Source: a virus. Taken from it: a stretch of 64,000 nt of DNA. The position numbers were made by a program, and so were the translations under genes. The notes below the pieces were generated by a model. It was not told the DNA's origin. It searched no databases and saw only the letters and a program-made list of their open reading frames with translations. Every line of letters starts with the position of its first letter. Position 1 is the first letter of the stretch. Positions 18,398 to 27,900 of this stretch are shown in pieces. The DNA lies in the IMG/VR virus record IMGVR_UViG_3300049483_000112, positions 3,464 to 67,463 of that record; one strand, written 5' to 3'.

Positions 18398-21300
18398 CTA
18401 CAGGCGCAGCGCCAGGCGCCGCTTCAGGCTCGTCTCGCGCCGCTTTTTCTTCTTCTTGCCCGTGTTGCCGTAAGCCGTGAGCCCGCTGGTCGCGCTTGCC
18501 GATTGCACGAATTCCTTGCGCAGCCCGACGCCGCCTGTGAGCTCAGCGACGGTGCGGCTGACGATCGCTGCCACCTCGTCTGGCGTCAACTCCCCTGCTT
18601 CGCCGACTTGTTGATCCCCTTTACCAAGCCTTGTGCGGCCTGGCGCATGAACGCTTCCATTGAGCCCCCGCCCGTCCACGGAAGCATTTTTCGCTGGGGC
18701 GTCCCCTTTGAATCCGCGGTAGATGGAGTCGGAGATTTTTCCTGCTTCGTGCTGCTGTTCGAGTGCGTCATAGAGCTTCCTTTCCATGTCCTGTTGCGAT
18801 GTGATAGTCCACTTGTCGAGCGACGCTTCTTTCGCGTTCCCGCGCCCGAGGCTATTGTCGACTGCGCGGACCCAGACGTTGCCCGAGCCGTTGTACTTTG
18901 CATAGAGCGCGCGCACGGTTGGCAGTGCGCCGGCGTGCGTCTTGGCGTGCTCTGTGATCGGGACCGTGCGCCCAGTGCCGAACTCTCTTTCCTGCCCTGC
19001 CGCCCGCGGCAGCGCCCCGTTCACGAGGGCGTCGACAGGATCTCGGTGGACATAGAGGATGCCGACCTGGCGGCCCGAGTCCAGCGCCTGCATCACCTTC
19101 TTCTCTGCGCTGCCGAGCGTGTTCATGTTGGTGTCGTAGATGATGTTGGCCCTGGACACCATGTCAGCAAACTCGGGCAACTTCATGCCGGACGACTTAC
19201 CCGCGCCGGTGCCGCCAGCGGTGAAGAGCACGACCGGGTGCATGCCGCCGGGCACCGGCTCAGCCAGCATGCGCGCGTACAACTCCTTGATGAATAGGCT
19301 GGCCGGCTCATGGACGGCAGCGCTTTGCGTGCGGTCGGCGAGATAGTCTGGCGACAACTCGCGCGCGATGTCGGTGTTCAGCACTCGTCCGCCGAGCCCT
19401 GGCGAGTCCTTCTCGGCGAGCGCGTGGTACTCGGCAATCGCCGCCGTGAACGCCTTCTCGTTCGTCACCTTGAACTCGTGCTCCCCCTTGCTGTTGGTGC
19501 CGGTCATCGTCATTCCGAGCTTCTGCGCCAACGCAAACTCGATGGCCGACTGCTTGGCCGTGAGCGTAGATTGCCCTTCAGCCCTGGCAACCACAGCGGC
19601 GCGCGTGCCTTCAGAAGCGCTGGCGCCACCGCCGGCGTCCGTCCACATGCCATGTGCGTCGCGCGGCTGATCAGGATCGAACCCCTTCAACAGCGCGGAC
19701 AGATTCGTTTTCATGACGCCTCCCTTGTCATCGATGCCGAGGCGCATGCGAATCACCGAGCCGAGCATGCGCAATGACTCGACCTCGTCGTTCGTCGGCT
19801 CGCGCGGCGGGCCAATATCGAAGCCGAGCAGTTCGTTGATGTTGATGAACTTTCCGACCTTGCCTTCCACCCAATCTGCGAAGCGTCGCGCGCCGTCGCT
19901 CGAACTCTTTGGCGTCGACTTCGCGCCAAGGTGCGTGTACAGGTTCTGCTCGTGAAACCACAGGCCCGCCTGAACTTGTGACGCCTTCAGGCCGGTCCTC
20001 GATGCCACCTCGTTGATCAGCGCCTTTGATGCGCGCCGCATAGGAGCGGTCGGGCCGCTGATGGCGACCATCTTCCCGTTCTTGTCCTTCACCGAGGCCT
20101 GCTTGAAGTACCTCGCGAACGTGCGCGTCATCCACTTGTCGACAACCGGGTCTTCAATCCCGTGCATGTTGCTGATGAAGGGCCCGATCTTTGGCCCGAA
20201 GATGCTCAGCCCGAGTTGTTTCTGGTTCTGCGTCTTCAAGACGAGCTTGCCCTTGCTGCCGAGCAAATCCTTTTCTGCTTCGTGCAACTCTTTGTTCGTG
20301 TGATCGGAGTAAAGCCAGGCCACCGCGCCCGCCTCGCCGAATCTCTCGACAAGCGTGTTCAGCGCGCCCATCCCCTTGGCGACGTATTCGCCGCGGATGG
20401 TCCACAGGCCAACCTTGCCAGTAAAGCCTGGCTCTCCTTGCGGGTTGTACGGTGGCAGCCGCCCAGTGCGTTCGTACTCTCGAAATATCTTCGCGCCCGT
20501 GTTCCAACTGATCATCGGGTCGGTCCCGTTCGCCGTGATGCCGGCCACGACACCGAACAACTGTTGCTTCACCGGTTCCGACAGCGACGGGATGTATTTT
20601 TGCGTGATCTCCATCGCGGTCTTGATGTCGTCGGTGTACCAACGCTTGAAGTCGCCCTTGCCAGTTACCTCTTCGCGCAGCAATTGGTACTTGATCTCCT
20701 CTGTGGCGGTCTGCACTGCATGCTCGAAATTCTTGGCGACTTGTTCCTTCACCTGAAGCGGATCTTTGGGGCTCGCCTCATACGCGACCGGCCCGCCTTC
20801 GCTGAACATGGCAGCGATCTGGTCAACAGACATGCGCTTGCCCTCGTGCGCCGCGCTGTTGCGAATGTTGATCGCGCTGAACTTGCCGGCCATGCCGCTC
20901 GGACCGCCCTCATCTGTCCATCGGCCGAGCTCGTCCCGCTGCTGATCCTCGCGAAACTTTTCGAGCTTCTCGGCGCGCGCACGCCGCAGCCGTGGTGTGC
21001 ACGCTAGCGCTCCGAAGTCGTCGGCCTCTTCGTCGATCTTGCCCAGGCCGGCGCGCACCTTGCGGTAGTCCTTCTCCATGATGGTCAACTCGTTTCTCAT
21101 CGTCTTGCGCTGCGTCGGATCAGGCACGTAGCCGTGGCGTCGATAGAACTCCTCGGCCTTGGGCATCGCAGACAGAAAGACACCCACGCCCTTTGAGGCG
21201 GCCACTTGCTCGACCTCTTTCAACAGGCGCGACCCTTCGCCTTCTTTCAGCGAAAAGAGGTAGTCAACCTCGATGTCGTGTTCGCGCCCAGGCTGCGCTG

Positions 21301-23011
21301 GCGTGTACTGCACGCCGCTGACGATCCGTCCGTTCTCGACGACGAGCTTGTGCTGCGTACCTGCGTCGATGTCCTTTTGCCTATACAGCAGGATCGATTC
21401 CATCAGCCAGTAGGCCGCCTTCTCTTTCGGTGACGCGCCGCGCTCAAGCGCCTCTGCCTGCTGCGCAGAGTACATGTCAATCAGCACATTGCGGTTGCGC
21501 GATGTGACCGGCGTGTCGCCACTCGGTAGCGGCTCGCCATGATGTTCAGTTGAGCCGAGCAGCGTCTCGACAATCGCGTTGCCGCCTTCGTTTGTCCAGC
21601 GCCCATGATCATCGCGGGGCTGTGCGTCGTCGTACTTCGCGACCTGGCCGACCCATAGGTCGTCAGCGATCAACCCCGCCTTGACGGCGTGACGGTACAC
21701 GGGCAGCGTCTTGAAGTGTGCAAGGTTGCGCACCAGACGCATGAACTCTGGCGACTTGTATGGCGGCAGATCCCACGCGGTCTTTGTCCAGTCTGCATCC
21801 GCCTGGTCGGCATCAACGTCGATCGTTTGGTCTGTCTTGCTGAGCGCCTTGCCCATGGCCTCGTCTCTCAACTTGACCTCTGCCTGCGCGTACACGGGCC
21901 ACGGCCTGTCCCATCGGCCGCCAACCGCGTTTGGCGACAGCATGATCGCGTCAGTCTTTCCGCCAAGCACGACGAACTCGGACTCGCTCAGGCACCCGAA
22001 CCCTGTCCTCGGTGTCGACAGGATTCTCGATGCGGGCATCTTCACCAAAAGCACGTTCCCGTAGCCGCCTGCAAAGTCTGCCGCCATGTCCGCGTGCGCC
22101 GAAAACGACGACATCGGGTTCATGGTCACTTTGTAGTAGCCAGGCGGCGCTGGGGATCCTCTTGTTGCAACGATCCCGCGCATCAGCGTCACCTCTTTGA
22201 GCCCGGCTTTCGCAAGATCTGCCTGCGTCTGGCTGTACATCTCGCGCAGGAATGCGCGCGTGCCGGCAATTGCGATCTCCGGTGACGCCGTGATGCGCAT
22301 GTGATCCATCGCCTCTTGAGCCAGCCCGGTTGGGGATATGGGCAACTCTGGGTTCGCCACAGCCGCCGTGTCGCGCACACCCCGCAGGCCGAACTCCTGC
22401 TTCACCATCTCTTGCAGGAAAAGCGACCGCGGGTCGTGATCTGCCGATGTCACAGCCCATGACGACACAAATTGTCGAATGGCATCCTCGCTACGGAGGT
22501 GCAGTTGCTGCTGATCCGCCGGCCCAAGAAACAGGCCCGGCGCAGACTGCATCGGCATTGCAGCCATCAGCGCGCGCCAGTCTGCGTTCTTGACGAGCTC
22601 GTCCTTCAGTCGCAACTGAGATAGCTCTTTTGCTTCTTCGCCCGTCCTGACTCCAGGCCAAGCCGTATAGGCCTCTGCGTCGGCCATGCTCTGCTCTACA
22701 GGACTCCACCCGCCCAGTGCCTCGCTCGGCTTGAAGTCGCTTTGCTCGAATCGAATCGATGCTGCATGCGGCGTGCCGGCGGCCGGATCCGCAGCGCCAG
22801 TCATCTGCTCATCTGACCATCGACCGCGCTCGTCGCGCGCTTGGTTCGGGTCGTACTTGAGCAGTGCGCCGAGATCGATCTTGCCCGTGTAGCCCGAGGC
22901 GTAGATCGCCGTCGCCTGCCGCTCAGCCTGCGCGCGCGTCGGGTAGCACTTCTGATTGCCCCATTGCCAGCCTTGCTCGCCGTTGGGGAGGGTGCAACGT
23001 TGGATCGGCAT
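18398..23011 (-). CDS. Polyvalent head-associated protein: ART + GNAT + HhH/glycosylase-like + zeta-toxin-like kinase
   Basis: VTLMRG..MSSFS..ESEFVVLG (R-S-E ART); LKEGEGSRLL..AEEFYRRHGY (GNAT); GPKIGPF..VVDKWMTR..QVQAGLW; FTAGGTGAGKSS..IYDTN (zeta-like P-loop). Confidence 0.75.
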   Translation of the reverse strand: MPIQRCTLPNGEQGWQWGNQKCYPTRAQAERQATAIYASGYTGKIDLGALLKYDPNQARDERGRWSDEQMTGAADPAAGTPHAASIRFEQSDFKPSEALGGWSPVEQSMADAEAYTAWPGVRTGEEAKELSQLRLKDELVKNADWRALMAAMPMQSAPGLFLGPADQQQLHLRSEDAIRQFVSSWAVTSADHDPRSLFLQEMVKQEFGLRGVRDTAAVANPELPISPTGLAQEAMDHMRITASPEIAIAGTRAFLREMYSQTQADLAKAGLKEVTLMRGIVATRGSPAPPGYYKVTMNPMSSFSAHADMAADFAGGYGNVLLVKMPASRILSTPRTGFGCLSESEFVVLGGKTDAIMLSPNAVGGRWDRPWPVYAQAEVKLRDEAMGKALSKTDQTIDVDADQADADWTKTAWDLPPYKSPEFMRLVRNLAHFKTLPVYRHAVKAGLIADDLWVGQVAKYDDAQPRDDHGRWTNEGGNAIVETLLGSTEHHGEPLPSGDTPVTSRNRNVLIDMYSAQQAEALERGASPKEKAAYWLMESILLYRQKDIDAGTQHKLVVENGRIVSGVQYTPAQPGREHDIEVDYLFSLKEGEGSRLLKEVEQVAASKGVGVFLSAMPKAEEFYRRHGYVPDPTQRKTMRNELTIMEKDYRKVRAGLGKIDEEADDFGALACTPRLRRARAEKLEKFREDQQRDELGRWTDEGGPSGMAGKFSAINIRNSAAHEGKRMSVDQIAAMFSEGGPVAYEASPKDPLQVKEQVAKNFEHAVQTATEEIKYQLLREEVTGKGDFKRWYTDDIKTAMEITQKYIPSLSEPVKQQLFGVVAGITANGTDPMISWNTGAKIFREYERTGRLPPYNPQGEPGFTGKVGLWTIRGEYVAKGMGALNTLVERFGEAGAVAWLYSDHTNKELHEAEKDLLGSKGKLVLKTQNQKQLGLSIFGPKIGPFISNMHGIEDPVVDKWMTRTFARYFKQASVKDKNGKMVAISGPTAPMRRASKALINEVASRTGLKASQVQAGLWFHEQNLYTHLGAKSTPKSSSDGARRFADWVEGKVGKFININELLGFDIGPPREPTNDEVESLRMLGSVIRMRLGIDDKGGVMKTNLSALLKGFDPDQPRDAHGMWTDAGGGASASEGTRAAVVARAEGQSTLTAKQSAIEFALAQKLGMTMTGTNSKGEHEFKVTNEKAFTAAIAEYHALAEKDSPGLGGRVLNTDIARELSPDYLADRTQSAAVHEPASLFIKELYARMLAEPVPGGMHPVVLFTAGGTGAGKSSGMKLPEFADMVSRANIIYDTNMNTLGSAEKKVMQALDSGRQVGILYVHRDPVDALVNGALPRAAGQEREFGTGRTVPITEHAKTHAGALPTVRALYAKYNGSGNVWVRAVDNSLGRGNAKEASLDKWTITSQQDMERKLYDALEQQHEAGKISDSIYRGFKGDAPAKNASVDGRGLNGSVHAPGRTRLGKGDQQVGEAGELTPDEVAAIVSRTVAELTGGVGLRKEFVQSASATSGLTAYGNTGKKKKKRRETSLKRRLALRL

Positions 23012-23014
23012 CGG

Positions 23015-24808
23015 TCACTCCTCGGTGTCCGCATTGTCCGCGCCCCAGTCCTCCTTGCGGAGCACCGGCAAAACGTCGCAGTTGTGCGCAATAATGCCGC
23101 TAGCGCAATACCACCCGTCAACAGTCTGGAAGTTGTAGACATGACCCTCAAAAAATCTCCGCCCAATGCTGACCACCTTGTCGCTGAATATCGCAGCGGG
23201 AAGAGTCTTTTGCAGATCATCCGTCAAACCGGCTGGCCTAGAAACCGCACCTACATGCTTGCGCGCACCTTGGGCATCATTGATCCGCAAAGAAGGATTG
23301 AACGGTGCCGAAGTCCTGAAGTGCGAGCTTTGCATAGCGAACAAACGAGCGGATGGTGGCGTAACGCAATCCCAAGCCAGCGCGCGGCGCAGGTCAAGGC
23401 TGCGCATGCAGCCCCCAACAAGCGCGCCAAGGATTGGTGGCAAGGAAAGAACGCCACACAGCGCGTCAAGCACCTTGCCAAGACGTGGGCGGGGTTTGCG
23501 CATGAGCGTGAGTTCGTGCGCTTTTGCTCCGATGCCGGAGTGTTGGTGAAGCGGTGCTTCCGCATTGGAAAGTACAGGCCTGATTTTCGCATTGATGACA
23601 CACGCCTTCTTGTCGAGGTCTGCGGTAACTATGCCCCCGGCGATAGATACAGAACCGTCCGCCGCGAGCGCATTGAATATCTCCTCCGCTCTGGATGGTC
23701 GATCCTGTTTGTCCTTATAAGGCCAGGGGATCGCGTCGGCCTCGCTGCTGCTGATCACACTATCACCTTGATGGAGTCGATCCGCGGCGACGAACCCGTT
23801 GTCGGTCAGTATTGGGTGATCAGGGGTAACGGTGAGTTCGTTTCCGCTGGCGGTCCTGATGACGACGACTTCCCCTTCGTATAGGCTCCTTGTCGCTGCT
23901 CGCACCTCTGGCCCCCAGACAATAGTGCTAGGCGCCAGACAAAGACAGTTCGGGTGCGCTGGCGGGAAGTCGATCCCCGTGTCGCCGAAGTCGTCCTCAA
24001 GGTCCACAACGCCAGCCTCTGCGGCGTCGTCGCACTCATCAGGCTCTGGATGCGTGTCGGCAAGGATCCATCGCTTGCCCTCGACCTCGCCTGTTGCGCG
24101 CCAACCCTCGACGTTGCCCTGCACGTGCGCGAACGCGAGCTCTGTGCGCGCGATCATGTCAGCGCGCGCGGGCCCGAATGCGCCCAACTCTTCGATTGCG
24201 CTCGACAGGTCATCGGCGCTCATGCCTTCTTCGACGGCGCGACTCAACAGGCCACGCACCGCCTCGTCTGTCGTGTCGGCGTAGTCCTTCATGAGCTCGC
24301 CGCCGCGGTTGGCCGCGTAGAAGACGGCCTCGGCGTCGACTTGATGCACCATCGCTTCAGTAGCGGCGAAGCCTACTTGCTCGAGCCCGGCGCGGCCGGC
24401 CGTCTGATATGCGTCGAGGATCTCGGGGCGCAGGATGCGAATGATCTCCTCGGCCAGGTCGTCGTAGTTGGCGCGAAGGATCTTCATCACTGCGGCGACG
24501 ACATCATCGTCACTTGCCTTGGCGAGCTTTTGCGCGCGCGATCCGTAGGCGGCCGCAGCCTTCGCCGCGATGGCCACGCGGTGCCGACGCAGCGCCTTGC
24601 CGATCCGGCTCGCCACCCTGCCTTCCCGGCGCGCGACGAATCTGCCCACAGCGGTTGTGTGCGGCCGCAGGCGCCCCTTGGCGAGTTGATAGGCCGACTC
24701 CTCCTCTGCCTTCGCCAATTCGAGCGCGCGCGCGATGCCAGGCATGCTGCAGCCGCATGGTGTCCTGACGAAGACAGACCGATTCCCCACCGTGCAACAT
24801 CCTTTCAA
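23015..24808 (-). CDS. MuF / SPP1 gp7-like head morphogenesis protein with intein (start may be downstream, e.g. 24745)
   Basis: RADMIARTELAFA, KRW, ECD, PPAHPNCL-[intein]-CDVLPV. Confidence 0.9.
   Translation of the reverse strand: MKGCCTVGNRSVFVRTPCGCSMPGIARALELAKAEEESAYQLAKGRLRPHTTAVGRFVARREGRVASRIGKALRRHRVAIAAKAAAAYGSRAQKLAKASDDDVVAAVMKILRANYDDLAEEIIRILRPEILDAYQTAGRAGLEQVGFAATEAMVHQVDAEAVFYAANRGGELMKDYADTTDEAVRGLLSRAVEEGMSADDLSSAIEELGAFGPARADMIARTELAFAHVQGNVEGWRATGEVEGKRWILADTHPEPDECDDAAEAGVVDLEDDFGDTGIDFPPAHPNCLCLAPSTIVWGPEVRAATRSLYEGEVVVIRTASGNELTVTPDHPILTDNGFVAADRLHQGDSVISSSEADAIPWPYKDKQDRPSRAEEIFNALAADGSVSIAGGIVTADLDKKACVINAKIRPVLSNAEAPLHQHSGIGAKAHELTLMRKPRPRLGKVLDALCGVLSLPPILGALVGGCMRSLDLRRALAWDCVTPPSARLFAMQSSHFRTSAPFNPSLRINDAQGARKHVGAVSRPAGLTDDLQKTLPAAIFSDKVVSIGRRFFEGHVYNFQTVDGWYCASGIIAHNCDVLPVLRKEDWGADNADTEE
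23081..23941 (-). mobile_element. Intein (287 aa) in MuF
   Basis: Block A CLAPST, block B LTVTPDHPILT, block F GHVYNFQT, terminal AHN with +1 Cys. Excision restores HPNCLC. Confidence 0.9.
23141..23884 (+). CDS. HTH + DUF559/Vsr-like PD-(D/E)xK endonuclease nested antisense inside the intein
   Basis: 247 aa from ATG 23141: EYRSGKSLLQIIRQTGW (HTH-like); HEREF..FRIGKYRPDF..LLVEVCG..ERIEYLLRSGWSILFV. Confidence 0.8.
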   Translation: MTLKKSPPNADHLVAEYRSGKSLLQIIRQTGWPRNRTYMLARTLGIIDPQRRIERCRSPEVRALHSEQTSGWWRNAIPSQRAAQVKAAHAAPNKRAKDWWQGKNATQRVKHLAKTWAGFAHEREFVRFCSDAGVLVKRCFRIGKYRPDFRIDDTRLLVEVCGNYAPGDRYRTVRRERIEYLLRSGWSILFVLIRPGDRVGLAAADHTITLMESIRGDEPVVGQYWVIRGNGEFVSAGGPDDDDFPFV

Positions 24809-24940
24809 AACAAGAGAGCACTTTTGGCAGAAAATTTCACCACTTCAAACCGCAGCATTTATGCGCCAGGCGGCGATAGTGACCACTACCGAAAGGTGCA
24901 ATTTCCTTTCAAAACGAAAGAGCGTTTTTGAAATTTCCTG

Positions 24941-27900
24941 TCACGCGTACATCGCCACCATCTCGATGAAGTCCGCCAGGTCAGGATCGTATAGGGTTGT
25001 GTTGGCCGCAGGCGCCAGCCCGAGCGCCGTCATCGACCCCGTAGGCACGCTGATGACGATCGGCTGCTGCCGCACTGGCGGCCTGATCGGCAGCCTGACG
25101 CGGTGCGCAATCAGCCGAGGGACGATCTGCTCTTCCGCTGGGCGAATGTCGCTGACGATGATGCTCGGGGCGAACCCGGCGAATGCACCATGGCCAGTTT
25201 CAACGCCGATCGGAACGTCGACAGGCTTGGGCCGATAGGTGCGATCGACGATGAAGTCTGGGCGTCGGTTGCCGCGGCCCCAGCCCACGCCGTCCAGGGT
25301 TGGCGGCAATGCCGGCGCAGGCGCTTCTGCAACTTCTTCTTCGCCAGGGACCAGCCCAACAATCGTCATCGACCCCGTGGGCACCTCGATGACGTGATGC
25401 TCGGTGCGCGCGACCGTCGGCGCAAAGCCCGTGAACTGCCCGGTGCCGGTGCCAGGCGTCGCGGTGATGAACTCGCTGATCAGGATCGACGGCGCTAGGC
25501 CTGCGAATGCGCCCGTGCCGGTGTCCGGTTTCACCCCCTGCCCGAGCAGCACCGATGGAGGAAGACCGACGAACGCACCAGACCCAGTCGCAACGCCGGC
25601 GATGACGTGCTCGGTACGCGAGATCGTCGGCTCGAGGCCCGTGAATACGCCAGACCCGAACCCAGGCTGCGCCGTCTTGCCTAGCGCACTGTTGAGCACC
25701 CCAGGGGCGAACCCGCCGAATGCGCCGGCCCCAGTCGGTACCGCAATAATCTGGCCGATCAGGATAGACGGGGCGAGCCCAATGAATGCGCCCGTGCCCG
25801 CGGGCGGAGTGGCCGAGATCAGGTCGCTGACCAGCGCCGTCGGCGCCAAGCCGCTGAACGCGCCAGTGCCAACCGGGACCGGCAAGTTGGTGTTCGTCGC
25901 ACTGCTGACCGAGATCGTTGGCGCCAGGCCTTCGAACGCGCCGCTGCCTACGCCAGGCGCTGCGCTGCGCAGATCCGAAACCGCAATCGATGGAACAAGC
26001 CCGGTGAACGCCCCGGTGCCAAGGCCCGGCCGCGCCAACAGGCCGACAGTGATGATCGGGGCGAACCCAACGAAGGCACCCGAGCCGGCGCCAGGCTGCG
26101 CGATGACATTGAGCAGGGTGCTTGGGGCAATCCCAACGAATGCCCCGCTGCCGGTGGCTGGCTGATAAGTTGACCCGCGCAGAGCAATCGGCAGCAGCCC
26201 GGTGAACGCCCCCGCCCCGACGCCTGGCGTCGCCACCACCCCAGTGAGCAGCGTTGGCGCAAGCCCCGCCGCGGTCAACGAACCAACCCCTGGCCGGAAT
26301 ACATAGCCGGTGATCGCAGCGGGCGCAAAGCCCGACGCAGACAGCGTGCCGGGCCCAGGCTGCGCGATCTTGAGGTCGCTGATGGTTGCGGTAGGGGCAA
26401 GCCCTGCAAACGCTCCTGTGCCCGTTCCTGGCTGCGCGAATGCGCCAACTACGAACGTCGGCGCTAGGCCAGCGAATGCGCCGCTGCCGGCCGGCGGCTG
26501 CGCGATCGCGTTTGTCAGGATCGAAGGCGCAAGTCCGGCGAATGCGCCGGTCCCAGCCCCCGGCTGAGCGACAGTCCCGCGCAGGATGGCCGGCGCGAGT
26601 CCAGCGAATAGGCCGGTCCCGGCGCCAGGCTGCGCAACAGTGCCAACGACCAGAGTCGGAGTAAGACCGGCGAACACCCCTGTGCCGGCACCGGGCTGGA
26701 TGATCGAGTTGATCAGCAGCGACGGGGCGAACCCTGCGAACACGCCAGCGCCGGCAGGCACGGCATAGATCGCACTCGTCAGCAGCGTCGGTGCCAGCCC
26801 TGCGAACACTCCGTTGCCTGTGCCGGGCTGCACGTAGGACTGGATCAGGAGCGACGGCGCGAGCCCGACGAAAGCCCCGTTGCCTGTGCCGGGCTGCTTG
26901 ATCTCTCCGCGCAGCGCCGTCGGAGCAAGGCCTGCGAAAACGCCCGTGCCAGCGCCGGGCTGCGCATACATCTGCACGAACAGCGCTGGCGCAAGCCCGG
27001 CAAATACCCCTGTCCCTGCGCCAGGCTGCGTGATCGTCCCGGCGACAACCGTCGGCGCTGCGCCAGCGAATACCCCGTTGCCCGTGCCGGGCTGTGTGAT
27101 GGTGCCGCGGAGCGCTACCGGTGTTGAGCCAGCGAATACCCCGTTGCCGGTGCCGGGCTGCGCGACTGTTCCGATGATCAGCGTGGGCGCCAACCCAGCG
27201 AACACGCCATTGCCAAGACCGGGCTGCTCTACCTCGCCGCGCACCAATGTCGGCGCAAGGCCCGCGAACACACCGTTACCGGCTCCCGGCTGTTCGACCT
27301 CACCCCTTACCAAAGTCGGCGCGAGCCCCGCGAATACGCCATTGCCCGTACCGGGTTGATCGACTTCGCCGCGCACAAGCGTCGGCGCGATACCGCTGAA
27401 TACGCCATTGCCGGTGCCAGGCTGCTCGACCTCGCCGCGCAGCAGCGTCGGAGCGAGCCCAGCGAAGACGCCGTTGCCCGTGCCTGGCTGTTCGACCTCA
27501 CCACGAAGCAGCGTCGGTGCGAAGCCGCCGAAGACGCCGTTGCCGGCGCCAGGCTGAGTGATGGTGCCGCGCAGCACCGTTGGGGCAAGGCCAGCAAACA
27601 CGCCATTGCCTGTTCCCGGTTGCTCGTACATCTGCTGGAATGCGATCGGCGCCAGTCCAGTGAATGCGCCGGTGCCGTAGCTCGGGCTTGCTGTGACGTT
27701 TGCAGTGACGCCAGCCACCGGGATGGCGAACTGCGTCCACGAGACAAACCAGCCCGTCGACTTCGTCGCCGTCGGAGCGAGCCCGGTTGCGACCGCCGAC
27801 CCAACTGGTACCGCAATCGTCTTGTCTTGCGCGAACGAAACCCACATCTCGCAGCCGTCGCGGCTGCCGCTGAATGTCGGGTTGTAAATCTGCGTCGCAG

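Noticed and set aside
15882-19297. Long plus-strand ORFs opposite capsid, protease and polyprotein (16272..17060, 17443..18327, 18233..19297)
   Set aside because: Antisense shadows without recognisable domains, unlike the ORF inside the intein.
18700-19400. Zeta-epsilon toxin-antitoxin module
   Set aside because: The zeta-like domain is fused in a head-region polyprotein and no antitoxin gene is adjacent.
22841-23140. N-terminal 100 aa of the listed 347-aa plus-strand ORF
   Set aside because: Shadow of the polyprotein start and muF end; the ATG at 23141, inside the intein, is the more plausible start.
25345-27815. Diversity-generating retroelement or shufflon
   Set aside because: No reverse transcriptase, invertase or adenine-specific TR/VR pair seen; the repeats are in-frame protein repeats.
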